Positions 1 through 12,690 of a DNA stretch of 64,000 nt are shown in pieces. Each line of letters begins with the position of its first letter. The stretch's first letter is position 1. Origin of the DNA: Macrostomum lignano (lineage: Eukaryota); assembly GCA_002269645.1 (NCBI GenBank), contig NIVC01000764.1, positions 62,001-126,000 of the forward strand, in the 5' to 3' direction. The position numbers and the translations under genes are program-made. Under the pieces are notes generated by a model, which ran no database searches, was not told the DNA's origin, and saw only the letters and a list, made by a program, of their open reading frames with translations.

Positions 1-297
1 AAGTAGCGTTATACGAGTAGTACATGTAACTGCAATTAATTTACAAAATTTTTCTTTCATTGATTTTTTCATCATAGGAAAGTCACTTCTGACAGGAACA
101 CGCGATCTGCTTTTGTCGTCTATAATTGCTAATTTTTTACGCAAGAATGCTCACTTGCAATTCACTGTCGATTTTGTGCCCGCTGTGCATACATGCAGCT
201 GAGACTGCTCCGGCCCATGTTTATATGAATATACATACATGGCTGATCTGATATGATCTGAGCCACCATTATGTAAAGCTAATGGACTTTTAAGTTT

Positions 298-1318
298 CTG
301 TGGCCCAGCAACTGAGGATCTGGGAGGCTGGTCCAGCTAACCGAGGATTTGGGCGGCTGGCCCAGCAACTGAGGATCTGGGAGGCTGGCACAGCAACTGA
401 GGATCTGGGAGGCTGGCACAGCAACTGAGCATCTGGGAGGCTGGCCCAGCAACTGAGGATCTGGGAGGCTGGCACAGCAACTGAGGATCTGGGAGGCTGG
501 CACAACAACTGAGGATCTGGGAGGCTGGCACAGCAACTGAGGATCTGGGAGGCTGGCACAGCAACTGAGGATCTGGGAGGCTGGCACAGCAACTGAGGAT
601 CTGGGAGGCTGGCACAACAACTGAGGATCTGGGAGGCTTGTCCAGCAACTGAGGATCTGGGAGGCTGGCACAGCAACTGAGGATCTGGGAGGCTGGCCCA
701 GCAACTGAGGATCTGGGAGGCTGGTCCAGCAACTGAGGATCTGGGAGGCTGGCCCAGAAACTGACACTCTGGGAGGCTGGCACAGCAACTGAGGATCTGG
801 GAAGCTGGCTCAGCAACTGAGGATCTGGGAGGCTGGCTCAGCAACTGAGGATCTGGGAGGCTGGCCCAGCAATGAGGATCTGGGAGGCTGGCCCAGCAAC
901 TGAGGATCTGGGAGGCTGGCCCAGCAACTGAGGATCTGGGAGGCTGGCCCAGCAACTGAGGATCTGGGAGGCTGGCACAGCAACTGAGGATCTGGGAGGC
1001 TGGCCCAGCAACTGAGGATCTGGGAGGCTGGCCCAGCAACTGAGGATCTGGGAGGCTGGCCCAGCAACTGAGGATCTGGGAGGCTGGCACAGCAACTGAG
1101 GATCTGGGAGGCTGGCTCAGCAACTGAGGATCTGGGAGGCTGGCCCAGCAACTGAGGATCTGGGAGGCTGGTCCAGCAACTGAGGATCTGGGAGGCTGGC
1201 TCAGCAACTGAGGATCTGGGAGGCTGGCCCAGCAATGAGGATCTGGGAGGCTGGCCCAGCTAACCGATGATTTGGGCGGCTGGCCCAGCAACTGAGGATC
1301 TGGGAGGCTGGCAGCTCA
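298..1318. repeat. 28-bp tandem minisatellite (GGCTGGCMCAGCAACTGAGGATCTGGGA), about 36 copies
   Basis: Periodicity is directly visible. The overlapping ORFs repeat every 28 aa (3 x 28 bp), as expected from a 28-bp unit. Confidence 0.95.
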
Positions 1319-2042
1319 GCGATTAACAACTATTAAAGTAGCGAAGACAGACAATGCAGTGATAAAATATCTTTACTGACAGTAGAGCTTTATGCGTATA
1401 TGTGGCATATTATATAAATTCATATATATATTTATATATTAAATAACAGACGAGCCCAATGAAAGCGGGTTAAAAATTGCGGAGCAAATTAAAACAAACT
1501 AAACAATCAGTTGCACTTGCAATTAAACAATTTAATTAGTAAAGGTGGGAGAGCCCCGAAGTAAATTCACAAACTTTACAAGCTGATCACAAATTAGTGG
1601 TTTGGGTGAAACTAATAATTATTATAACAATTAGTCTATTGGGGTTAGTGTAACTATTTTTATATCAACTTCATTGCACGGGGCTGCAATGTGTGTCCTT
1701 TCTATAAATCTGATAAATAAGCGACAAAACTGAGTTTCTGAGAACGGCCTGCACAGACAACCGGGTATATCATTAATAATTAATAAAATTAATATATTCG
1801 TATCATGAATATATATAACCGGCTTAAATTTTATTGTAATTAATAGTTTTCCCATATACAAGTATATAGCAACCATCCTTAGCAGCGATAACTCCGGAAT
1901 AAACCATCACTAATTAAGCGAGTCAACACACAGACGAATGGCAAAAGGCAAATGGCAGCAATTCGGGAACAGCAGGTGCGCCGCGCGATTGCAGGGAAAT
2001 AAAAAAATTGCTTTTTAGGGAGGGAGAGACCTGATTGCAAAG

Positions 2043-2320
2043 AGAGAGCGGAAGATGAGGGTAGAGAGTGAAAGATGAGGGTAAGGAGCGGAAGATGAGG
2101 GTAGAGAGTGGAAGATGAGGGTAGGGAGCGGAAGATAAGGGTAGGGAGCGGAAGATAAGGGTAAAGAGCGGAAGATAAGGGTAGAGAGCGGAAGATAAGA
2201 GCAGAGAGCGGAAGATGAGGGTAGGGAGCGGAAGATAAGAGCAGAGAGCGGAAGATGAGGGTAGAGAGCGGAAGATAAGAGCAGAGAGCGGAAGATAAGA
2301 GTAGCCAGTGGAAATTAGGG
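2043..2320. repeat. Purine-rich 20-bp minisatellite (GAGCGGAAGATRAGGGTAGA)
   Basis: About 13 tandem copies are visible. Confidence 0.9.
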
Positions 2321-3082
2321 CAGGGAGCAGAAAATGAGAGACAAGTAGGGACTGAGTGAGAACAAGAAGCGGATATGAAAGAAGAGGAACTGGGAGAATG
2401 GGAGGCAAAGCAGGGAGGGAAGACTCATCGAGCTGGCAGAGGCGCGCGGCACCGCCAGAAGCTCAGGGGTGACATGAGAATCACAGAGACACAGTGGTTG
2501 ACTTGAAGCAGCAATACGAGCAATTGGAATTAAACAGAAGCGTGACAAAAGCAGAGAGACTCAAGAAAGGAGAGCCGAAGTGAATCTGAACTAAAAAATA
2601 ATATATAAACTTGGCTTTAATTATCTTTGAGACGAATACAAGCAATGCAAAACAAAGAGTACATTTTTTCTGCTTTTCCTATTTGTCGAAGCACAGGAAA
2701 TGTACATGTATAAATAAACTTTATTGCATGGCACAGGATCAAGCTGAGAATGCTCTGGTGCATTTTTGCGAATTCAATAGTGAGCTGAGAGTTGCCAGGC
2801 AGCGTCAGTATGAAGTTAGCGGATTAAAGATTGCCCCCCTGACAAGTGCCTGGAATATGCTTAGCATTAGCTAGCGGTGTTCAACAAATAATAATTGACA
2901 GAGCATTGACGCGGAAAGTACTGCAGCTCTCGGGGCTGAGCCGCACAAGGCAGAGGTGTCGGCAGTCAGTGCGGCAGGCCAGATTACAGACAGCCCCGGA
3001 TTTTCTAAGGTGCTGAACTATTGATGATGAGACTGGGACAGGTGCGACTGGGCTGGCAGGGCTTCTGTGCCTGCTGCTTATC

Positions 3083-3515
<433 letters not shown>

Positions 3516-3789
3516 ATCGATTATTGATATGCTTAGAGTCTGATTGTCTACCCTCCTCCACTCCAGCCAGCCCATTCCGCACAAGAAGCCATTGAAAGAA
3601 GGCAGCCAAACAAAGTCCCAAAACATTACCAAGCGACAGAGCCGACGGCAACAAGCGAAAAAGACAAATACAAAATTAAAGAGAAGTAAACAAAGTTAAA
3701 GCAGACCAAGGAACAAGGATATGCACGCGGCGAGACCTATGAAACTTTCAGGAGTTCCTGATGAGGCGCGCTCTGCTGGGACCTCCGTT

Positions 3790-6700
3790 CTACATGGCGG
3801 CCCCATCAGCGGAGGCTGCAGCAGCTGCTGATGCCGGGGTCGCGGCGGCTGGCGGCGGAGGCGGCAGCGGGCGAAGGTCTCGGATCTGCTTGACCAGGTA
3901 CTGCTTCTCTTCGCTAAACTGGTTGTCGCACTGCCGGTCTGTCTGGAAGTTCTGCAAGAATTCTACTAGGCGGTCCTGATTCTGCACCAGGATGTTGTGC
4001 ACCGCGCGGGGCTTGTTCGGGTTGGCCACAAACACCTGCGACGGAGGGGAGGACAGTGGGGTGTCCGATCCAGGCGTTAGTGAGGCCAAAAAGAGCTAAA
4101 AAACTTGACAAAGGACTATCGATAAAGACTAGCCAAAATTACGGCTCAACGACATCATGTAAGACGCCGGGGTCAAGGACACCAGGTTAGACACCGGGGT
4201 CAAGGACACCAGGTTAGACACCAGGTAGGACACCGGGGTCAAGGAAATCAGGTAGGACACCGGGGTCAAGGAAACCAGGTAGGACACCGGGGTCAAGGAA
4301 ACCAGGTAGGACACCGGGGTCAAGGACACCAGGTAGGACACCGGGGTCAACGACACCAGGTTAGACACCGGGGTCTAGGACACCAGGTAAGACACCGGGA
4401 TCAAAGACACCAGGTTAGACACCGGGGTCAAGGACACAAGGTTAGGCACCGAGGTCAAAGACACCAGGCTAGACACCCAGGTCAAAGACACCAGGCTAGA
4501 CACCGGGTAAGACACCGGGTCAAGGACACAGTGAAGTCAGAGTCAACAATTAAATGAAACCCTTGCTAAGATCAGGGACACAAAATTTAACAGATCTCAG
4601 TAACTAACCTTAAAGCAGTGAAAAGCTTCGAAAGCGATCTGCTTCTGTCGGCTCTTGAGTGCATTCATAATCAGTTTGAGATTCTCCGCATTGGTAATGT
4701 AGAGAGTCATCACTTTGTAGTTGTAGCGATCCAGAAGCAGCTCGCCAAGTAGCTGGGAAGATGCAAGAGGGATGGATCAAGCATGGATACAGCTGATCTG
4801 TATAGTTGGAAATTGGGTCACAAACTTCAGGCCACAGGGTCCAGTTCGATACACGAGGCAGTACAGTTTTAGGATCGGAAAAAATTAGCAGTTAAAAATA
4901 GATGCATTAGTTAAACTTTTTACGGATCTGGAATGTTGGGACGCTTGGATAGGTAGTTTTAAAATTATTAACTAGATAGGATAATTTTCTAAACGATAAA
5001 ATCATTAGCTACCGAATGGGATCATTTATTGTTAGACGAGATAGGTTAGCTAATCCTAATCTTAACCTTTATTCCCCCCTATAAACCCTGACAACTTAGC
5101 AATTCCCCCGCGAGTCTTTTATGGTTTACAGACACTTCTTTTATGGTTGACGTGAGGCTTCTTTTATGCTTTACGTGACGCTTCTTTTATGCTTTACGTG
5201 ACGCTTCTTTTATGGTTGACGTGAGGCTTCTTTTATGCTTTACGTGACGCTTCTTTTATGCTTTACGTGACGCTTCTTTTATGGTTGACGTGAGGCTTCT
5301 TTTATGCTTTACGTGACGCTTCTTTTATGCTTTACGTGACGCTTCTTTTATGGTTGACGTGAGGCTTCTTTTATGCTTTACGTGACGCTTCTTTTATGGT
5401 TGACGTGAGGCTTCTTTTATGCTTGACGTGAGGCTTCTTTTATGTTTGACGCGAGGCTTCTTTTATGTTTGACGTGAGGCTTCTTTTATGTTTGACGTGA
5501 GGCTTCTTTTATGTTTGACGCGAGGCTTCTTTTATGGTTGACGTCAGGCTTCTTTAATGGTTGACGCGAGGCTTCTTTTATGGTTGACGTGAGGCTTCTT
5601 TTATGTTTGACGTGGGGCTTCTTTTATGGTTGACGTGGGGCTTCTTTTATGTTTGACGCGAGGCTTCTTTTATGGTTGACGTCAGGCTTCTTTTATGCTT
5701 GACGTCAGGCTTCTTTTATGCTTGACGTCAGGCTTCTTTTATGCTTGACGCGAGGCTTCTTTTATGGTTGACGTGAGGCTTCTTTTATGCTTGACGTGAG
5801 GCTTCTTTTATGCTTGACGTCAGGCTTCTTTTATGCTTGACGTCAGGCTTCTTTTATGCTTGACGCGAGGCTTCTTTTATGGTTGACGTGAGGCTTCTTT
5901 TATGCTTGACGTCAGGCTTCTTTTATGCTTGACGTCAGGCTTCTTTTATGCTTGACGCGAGGCTTCTTTTATGGTTGACGTGAGGCTTCTTTTATGGTTG
6001 ACGTGAGGCTTCTTTTATGCTTGACGTCAGGCTTCTTTTATGCTTGACGTCAGGCTTCTTTTATGCTTGACGTCAGGCTTCTTTTATGGTTGACGTGGGG
6101 CTTCTTTTATGCTTGACGTCAGGCTTCTTTTATGCTTGACGCGAGGCTTCTTTTATGCTTGACGTCAGGCTTCTTTTATGCTTGACGTGGGGCTTCTTTT
6201 ATGGTTGACGTGGGGCTTCTTTTATGTTTGACGCGAGGCTTCTTTTATGCTTGACGTGGGGCTTCTTTTATGCTTGACGTGAGGCTTCTTGTATGTTTGA
6301 CGTGAGGCTTTTTGATGGTTGACATGACGCTGACATGAATTGCAGCACCTATATTTTAACACTCACATCAAGTCAGTTATGAACACCCAGACGGTCTCGT
6401 CGCCGTTGATTAAAAGGAACAGTATGGTTACGCTAAGTTGCAATGCTTTCACACTGTGTTTTCCACACTGTCACACTTTCACACTGTCTCTTTCAGAATC
6501 AGGATTCAGTCAGTCAGTTTTTCTCTCTACAATAGGCATACTACATTTAGGGTGTAAATTCTGCTTGACCTTTGCAAAAAAGTGATATCGAAAAATTTAG
6601 AAAATTTCTGATAAAACGGTGCAAGTTTTATGAAAATCGATTCTATAAATAAATATTAACACAAATAGAAATACTGATAGACAACTCCATTATTCGTGGC

Positions 6701-9700
6701 TTCTTTATCGTGGATGGTTGGGATAATTATCTAAACGATGACGTCATTATTAATTCTACATGTGATCAGCAAGTTCCAAGTGTGGCATGCTTGGTAAAAG
6801 CCCCAGCCCGTGAGAGCTGCATGAGCAGCGCAGAGCTGGCGCTTCCAGTTAGGCAGGCTGGGGCAGCTCCTGATCTGGGCCCAGTCTCTGTGCAAACCTC
6901 TGACCGCTGCACTGCTGTGGCTGCAGGTCTGAGAGCACAATGAGCCCTAGTAATTTTGGAATGCAATTAGCTATGAATGGGATCATTAGCTACTGGATGG
7001 GAGCATAAGCTACGGGATGGGATCATTAGCTACGGGATGGGATCATAAAACTCGTGATGGGATCAGCAAATTTTAAGTGTGGCATGCTTGGTAAAAGCCC
7101 CAGCCCGTGAGAGCTGCATGAGCAGCGCAGAGCTGGCGCTTCCAGTTAGGCAGGCTGGGGCAGCTCCTGATCTGGGCCCAGTCTCTGTGCAAACCTCTGA
7201 CCGCTGCACTGCTGTGGCTGCAGGTCTGAGAGCACAATGAGCCCTAGTAATGTTGGAATGCAATTAGCTATGAACGGGATCATTAGATACTGGATGGGAT
7301 CATTAGCTACGGGATGGGATCATTAGCTAATGGATGGGATCATTAGCTACTGGATAGGATCAGAAAATTTCAAGTGTGGCATGCTTGGTAAAAGCCCCAG
7401 CCCGTGAGAGCTGCATGAGCAGCGCAGAGCTGGCGCTTCCAGTTAGGCAGGCTGGGGCAGCTCCTGATCTGGGCCCAGTCTCTGTGCAAACCTCTGACCG
7501 CTGCACTGCTGTGGCTGCAGGTCTGAGAGCACAATGAGCCCTAGTAATTTTGGAATGCAATTAGCTATGAATGGGATCATTAGCTACTGGATGGGAGCAT
7601 AAACCTAGGGATGGGATCCTTAGCTTATGGATGGGATCATTAGGTACTGGATGGGATCATTAGCTACGGAATGTAATGATTAGCTACGGGATAGGATCAT
7701 TAGATACTGTATGGGATCATTAGCTGCTGGATGGGATCATTAGCTACTGGATGGGAGCATAAACCTAGGGATGGGATCATTACCTACGGGATGGGATCAG
7801 CAAATTTCAAGTGTGGCATGCTTGGTAAAAGCCCCAGCCCGTGAGAGCTGCATGAGCAGCGCAGAGCTGGCGCTTCCAGTTAGGCAGGCTGGGGCAGCTC
7901 CTGATCTGGGCCCAGTCTCTGTGCAAACCTCTGACCGCTGCACTGCTGTGGCTGCAGGTCTGAGAGCACAATGAGCCCTAGTAATGTTGGAATGCAATTA
8001 GCTATGAATGGGATCATTAGCTACTGGATGGGAGCATAAACCTAGGGATGGGATCATTAGCTACGGGATGGGATCAGCAAATTTCAAGTGTGGCATGCTT
8101 GGTAAAAGCCCCAGCCCGTTAGAGCTGCATGAGCAGCGCAGAGCTGGCGCTTCCAGTTAGGCAGGCTGGGGCAGCTCCTGATCTGGGCCCAGTCTCTGTG
8201 CAAACCTCTGACCGCTGCACTGCTGTGGCTGCAGGTCTGAGAGCACAATGAGCCCTAGTAATGTTGGAAAGCAATTAGCTATGAATGGGATCATTAGATA
8301 CTGGATGGGATCATTAGCTACTGGATGGGATCATTAGCTACTAGATGGGATCATTAGGTACTGGATGGGATCATTAGCTACGGAATGTTATGATTAGCTA
8401 CGGGATGGGATCATTACCTACTGGATGGGATCATTAGCTACTGCATATGATCATTAAAAACTGGATGAGATTATTAGCTACTGGATGGGATCATTAGAAA
8501 CTGGTTGTGATCATTAGCTACTGGATGGGATCATTAGAAACTGAAAGGGATCAGTAGCTACTGCATATGATCATTAGAAACTGGATGGGATCATTAGAAA
8601 CTGGATGGGATCATTAGCTACTGGATGGGATCATTAGCTACTGCATATGATCATTAGAAACTGGATGGGATCATTAGCTACTGCATATGATCATTAGAAA
8701 CTGGATGGGATCATTAGCTACTGCATATGATCATTAGAAACTGGATGGGATCATTAGCTACTGCATATGATCATTAGAAACTGGATGGGATCATTAGCTA
8801 CTGGATGGGATCATTAGCTACTGCATATGATCATTAGAAACTGAAAGGGATCATTAGCTACTGCATATGATCATTAGAAACTGGATGGGATCATTAGCTA
8901 CTGCATATGATCATTAGAAACTGAAAGGGATCATTAGCTACTGCATATGATCATTAGAAACTGAAAGGGATCATTAGCTACTGCATATGATCATTAGAAA
9001 CTGAAAGGGATCATTAGCTACTGCATATGATCATTAGAAACTGGATGGGATCATTAGCTACTAGATGGGATTATTGGGTACAGGATGGGATAATTAGCTA
9101 CGCGATGGGATCATTAGCTAATGGACTGGATGGGATCATTTTCTCTGCCTATATCTAAACGGAAGTTCCAGTTGACAAAAAATCATTGAACTTTGAAGTG
9201 CTGCTTTAAGGCACCCTGTATGGCCTAAAGGGCCTCATGGGCATTGCATCGCACGACAAAGCAGCGGTACCAGTTCTATTAAGCGGTACTAACTTAAGGT
9301 CGCCTCCTCAAGCAGGATATTTGATATTGACAACGCCAACCGAGTTACTCACCTTTAAAGCCTGCCGCTTAGTAACATAATTCTCAGACTCAATCAGGCC
9401 CCGATAATTATCAAAGAAATGATTGAAATTTGCCTCGAGGAACTTGGCCACCATAGCTTTGTGCCGGGTCAGCAGATCCTTCAAAGTGGTGAAGGCGTCG
9501 CTGCTCACGTCGAAGGCGGTGCCGTGCACGTGGGCGAACAGGTCATAGAATCGCTGATCCCAGAGAAACTTCTCGGCGATTTTCTCGTGCCTGCAGGCCT
9601 CGCGCAGCATGCCTCCGAAGCTGATGGCGTGCTCTGGCCGGTTGTAGCCCTCCACTAAGCGGTACAGCACAGTCATGTTCTCGATGATGTACTCAATAGC

Positions 9701-10099
9701 CGGGTGACGATTAGCCACCTTCTTGGACATCAGGTGGGTAAACAGGTGCTCAACAAACTTGGAGCACTCGAAGTCGATCTTGTCGATGTTGTCCAGCAGC
9801 AGGGGAATGGTGTTGCGGCACTCCGAGCTGAATATCTCCTGCGAGATGTCAGTCAGGGCGTCGCTAATCCGAGCCTTCTCCGAGTTGGCCTCGGCCTCCT
9901 TCGAGCTGGGATCCACTCGCTCCGTTAGTAGAGTCTTGATCGAAGTCAGCGCTTTGGCAACGTCCTCCTGGGCCTTCTTCAAATCTCGAGCACCGCTGGC
10001 ACCTCCGCCGCCGTCGGCTGCCAGCACCCTCAGCGCGTTGTGCAGCTGGACAACCAAATCCTTAGGCGTCTTCTGCCGGCCCAGTTTAAACATGTTCAT
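3790..10099 (-). CDS. CAB39: MO25 / calcium-binding protein 39 (LKB1-STRAD scaffold), 3 exons, about 378 aa
   Basis: Exons 10099-9353, 4752-4609 and 4035-3790 have phase-0 GT-AG junctions. They give [12 protein letters not shown]|[19 protein letters not shown]...[10 protein letters not shown]|VFVANPNKP...[15 protein letters not shown], matching hallmark MO25 motifs. Confidence 0.96.
4160..4530. repeat. 27-bp minisatellite (GGACACCGGGGTCAAGGAMACCAGGTA) in MO25 intron 2
   Basis: Tandem copies are visible and degrade at the edges. Confidence 0.9.
5130..6320. repeat. 23-bp minisatellite (GGCTTCTTTTATGSTTGACGTSA) in MO25 intron 1
   Basis: About 50 tandem copies; many contain TGACGTCA. Confidence 0.95.
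6770..8290. repeat. Five near-identical ~200-bp GC-rich units separated by variable runs of a 20-bp repeat
   Basis: The unit starting CAAGTGTGGCATGCTTGGTAAAAGCCCCAGCC recurs near 6777, 7074, 7371, 7808 and 8085. Confidence 0.93.
8280..9140. repeat. 20-bp minisatellite (CTGGATGGGATCATTAGCTA and variants)
   Basis: About 40 tandem copies are visible. Confidence 0.93.
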
Positions 10100-10259
10100 A
10101 CTCGGCTTGGCTGGAGTAAGACTCAAATTTGATTGTTAAGGCTTACACCCTGGCTGCTATCTGGCTAAGCAGTGCTTAATCTGGAATGGCAAAATTAATT
10201 CTAATATGGAATTTTGATGAGAGTTGAGAGTTGAGAAGAGATCTTGAGTTAGATGGATA

Positions 10260-10328
10260 GGGAGGCTTTGTCGGCCGCATGTGCCCCCATGGGCCATAGG
10301 CTGAAGTTTGCTAACCCCTGCTCTAGAC
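10260..10328 (-). mobile_element. Remnant end of a hAT-Charlie-type DNA transposon
   Basis: The minus strand reads GTCTAGAG|CAGGGGTTAGCAAACTTCAGCC...CACATGCGGCC: a Charlie-like terminus next to an NTCTAGAN target. No partner end was found. Confidence 0.5.
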
Positions 10329-11214
10329 AGAATTATGATTTTTAAATGATACATTTATTTAAATATGGTTAAATCTATATAAGTTCAATTTAAGACTAAA
10401 GTTAAGACTAAAGTTCATTACTCTATAATAACTATATGGAATAGCTTATTTACATTATATCTATGCCTAATAGTTATACAAGGTAAATGTTCTATAAGTC
10501 TTTTCTTATTGAGCATAGCTCAGACTATAGAAGTCTTATTGCAAAGCCATTTGCAGAACATTTATCTATGCTTTTTGACACCCAAGTTATATTAAAGTAT
10601 GAAACTAGCACTGAGCTAAGAGTTGTGGCCATAGACACATATCACTCAGTTTAAAAAATGAATCAATTTTTTGCATATAATTATATATCCATGACCCTTG
10701 CTAGTGGCTATGTGGTAGTTTCTTGTCAATCTAATGACAATATGCAAAAGACTTGTTAATCCTCTACTGATATTATAAAGTAATATCTGACACTGATCAA
10801 GCAGACTTTGAAGTAAAACTATTCATAACTATTTTTTTAAATTGTTTCTGTTCATTATTTTTATAAATCTATGGCTGGAACTCCAAAATATAATAAAACA
10901 ATATTTTTTAATTTTGCTAAAACATTGATAAAACTTGGTGTCAGTAAAAACCACTGCACTTCAAAGTAGACCTCTTCACATGAAGTTGCCTTTTAAATAT
11001 AAGACAGTTTTACAGAATTAAATGATTTATAGACAAAAAATGTGAAATATGAATAAACAAAGCTAATTTGCCCTCTGGTAAATAAACCAGATAACACCAC
11101 AAGATAACATTCGCTCAAACAAGATAACATGCCCTATTCCGGTTATGCAAAATGTTATCTTGTATGAATCTTGTTTGCGTGACGAAATCTTACGTTTCCT
11201 TGTTTCAAACAAGA

Positions 11215-12690
11215 TTCAAAAAGGATTTGCTGACCAGATAACAGTCGGGTAATTCATGCGAATCCTGCAGGGAAACATCGTGTTATCCTGTTTGTTATCT
11301 TGTTTGTTATCCTGTCTGGCAAACAGGATTCGCTGACCAGGTAACAGCCGGATAATTCATGCGAATCCTGCAGGGAAACATCGTGTTATCCTGTTTGTTA
11401 TCTTGTTTGTTATCCTGTCTGGCAAACAGGATTCGCTGACCAGGTAACAGCCGGATAATTCGTGCGAATCCTGCAGGGAAACATCGTGTTATCCTGTTTG
11501 TTATCTTGTTTGTTATCCTGTCTGACAAACAGGATTCGCTGACCAGATAACAGTCGGGTAATTCATGCGAATCCTGCAGGGAAACATCGTGTTATCCTGT
11601 TTGTTATCTTGTTTGTTATCCTGTCTGGCAAACAGGATTCGCTGACCAGGTAACAGCCGGATAATTCATGCGAATCCTGCAGGGAAACATCGTGTTATCC
11701 TGTTTGTTATCTTGTTTGTTATCCTGTCTGGCAAACAGGATTCGCTGACCAGGTAACAGCCGGATAATTCATGCGAATCCTGCAGGGAAACATCGTGTTA
11801 TCCTGTTTGTTATCTTGTTTGTTATCCTGTCTGGCAAACAGGATTCGCTGACCAGGTAACAGCCGGATAATTCATGCGAATCCTGCAGGGAAACATCGTG
11901 TTATCCTGTTTGTTATCTTGTTTGTTATCCTGTCTGGCAAACAGGATTCGCTGACCAGGTAACAGCCGGATAATTCGTGCGAATCCTGCAGGGAAACATC
12001 GTGTTATCCTGTTTGTTATCTTGTTTGTTATCCTGTCTGACAAACAGGATTCGCTGACCAGATAACAGTCGGGTAATTCATGCGAATCCTGCAGGGAAAC
12101 ATCGTGTTATCCTGTTTGTTATCTTGTTTGTTATCCTGTCTGGCAAACAGGATTCGCTGACCAGGTAACAGCCGGATAATTCATGCGAATCCTGCAGGGA
12201 AACATCGTGTTATCCTGTTTGTTATCTTGTTTGTTATCCTGTCTGGCAAACAGGATTCGCTGACCAGGTAACAGCCGGATAATTCGTGCGAATCCTGCAG
12301 GGAAACATCGTGTTATCCTGTTTGTTATCTTGTTTGTTATCCTGTCTGACAAACAGGATTCGCTGACCAGGTAACAGTCGGGTAATTCATGCGAATCCTG
12401 CAGGGAAACATCGTGTTATCCTGTTTGTTATCCTGTCTGACAAACAGGATTCGCTGACCAGGTAACAGTCGGGTAATTCATGCGAATCCTGCAGGGAAAC
12501 ATCGTGTTATCCTGTTTGTTATCTTGTTTGTTATCCTGTCTGGCAAACAGGATTCGCTGACCAGGTAACAGCCGGATAATTCGTGCGAATCCTGCAGGGA
12601 AACATCGTGTTATCCTGTTTGTTATCTTGTTTGTTATCCTGTCTGGCAAACAGGATTCGCTGACCAGGTAACAGTCGGGTAATTCATGTG
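11215..12690. repeat. 103-bp subterminal tandem array, about 14 copies
   Basis: GAATCCTGCAGGGAAACATCG recurs every 103 bp. Confidence 0.95.

Noticed and set aside
279-1291. Multiple long overlapping ORFs
   Set aside because: They come from the 28-bp repeat cycling through frames.
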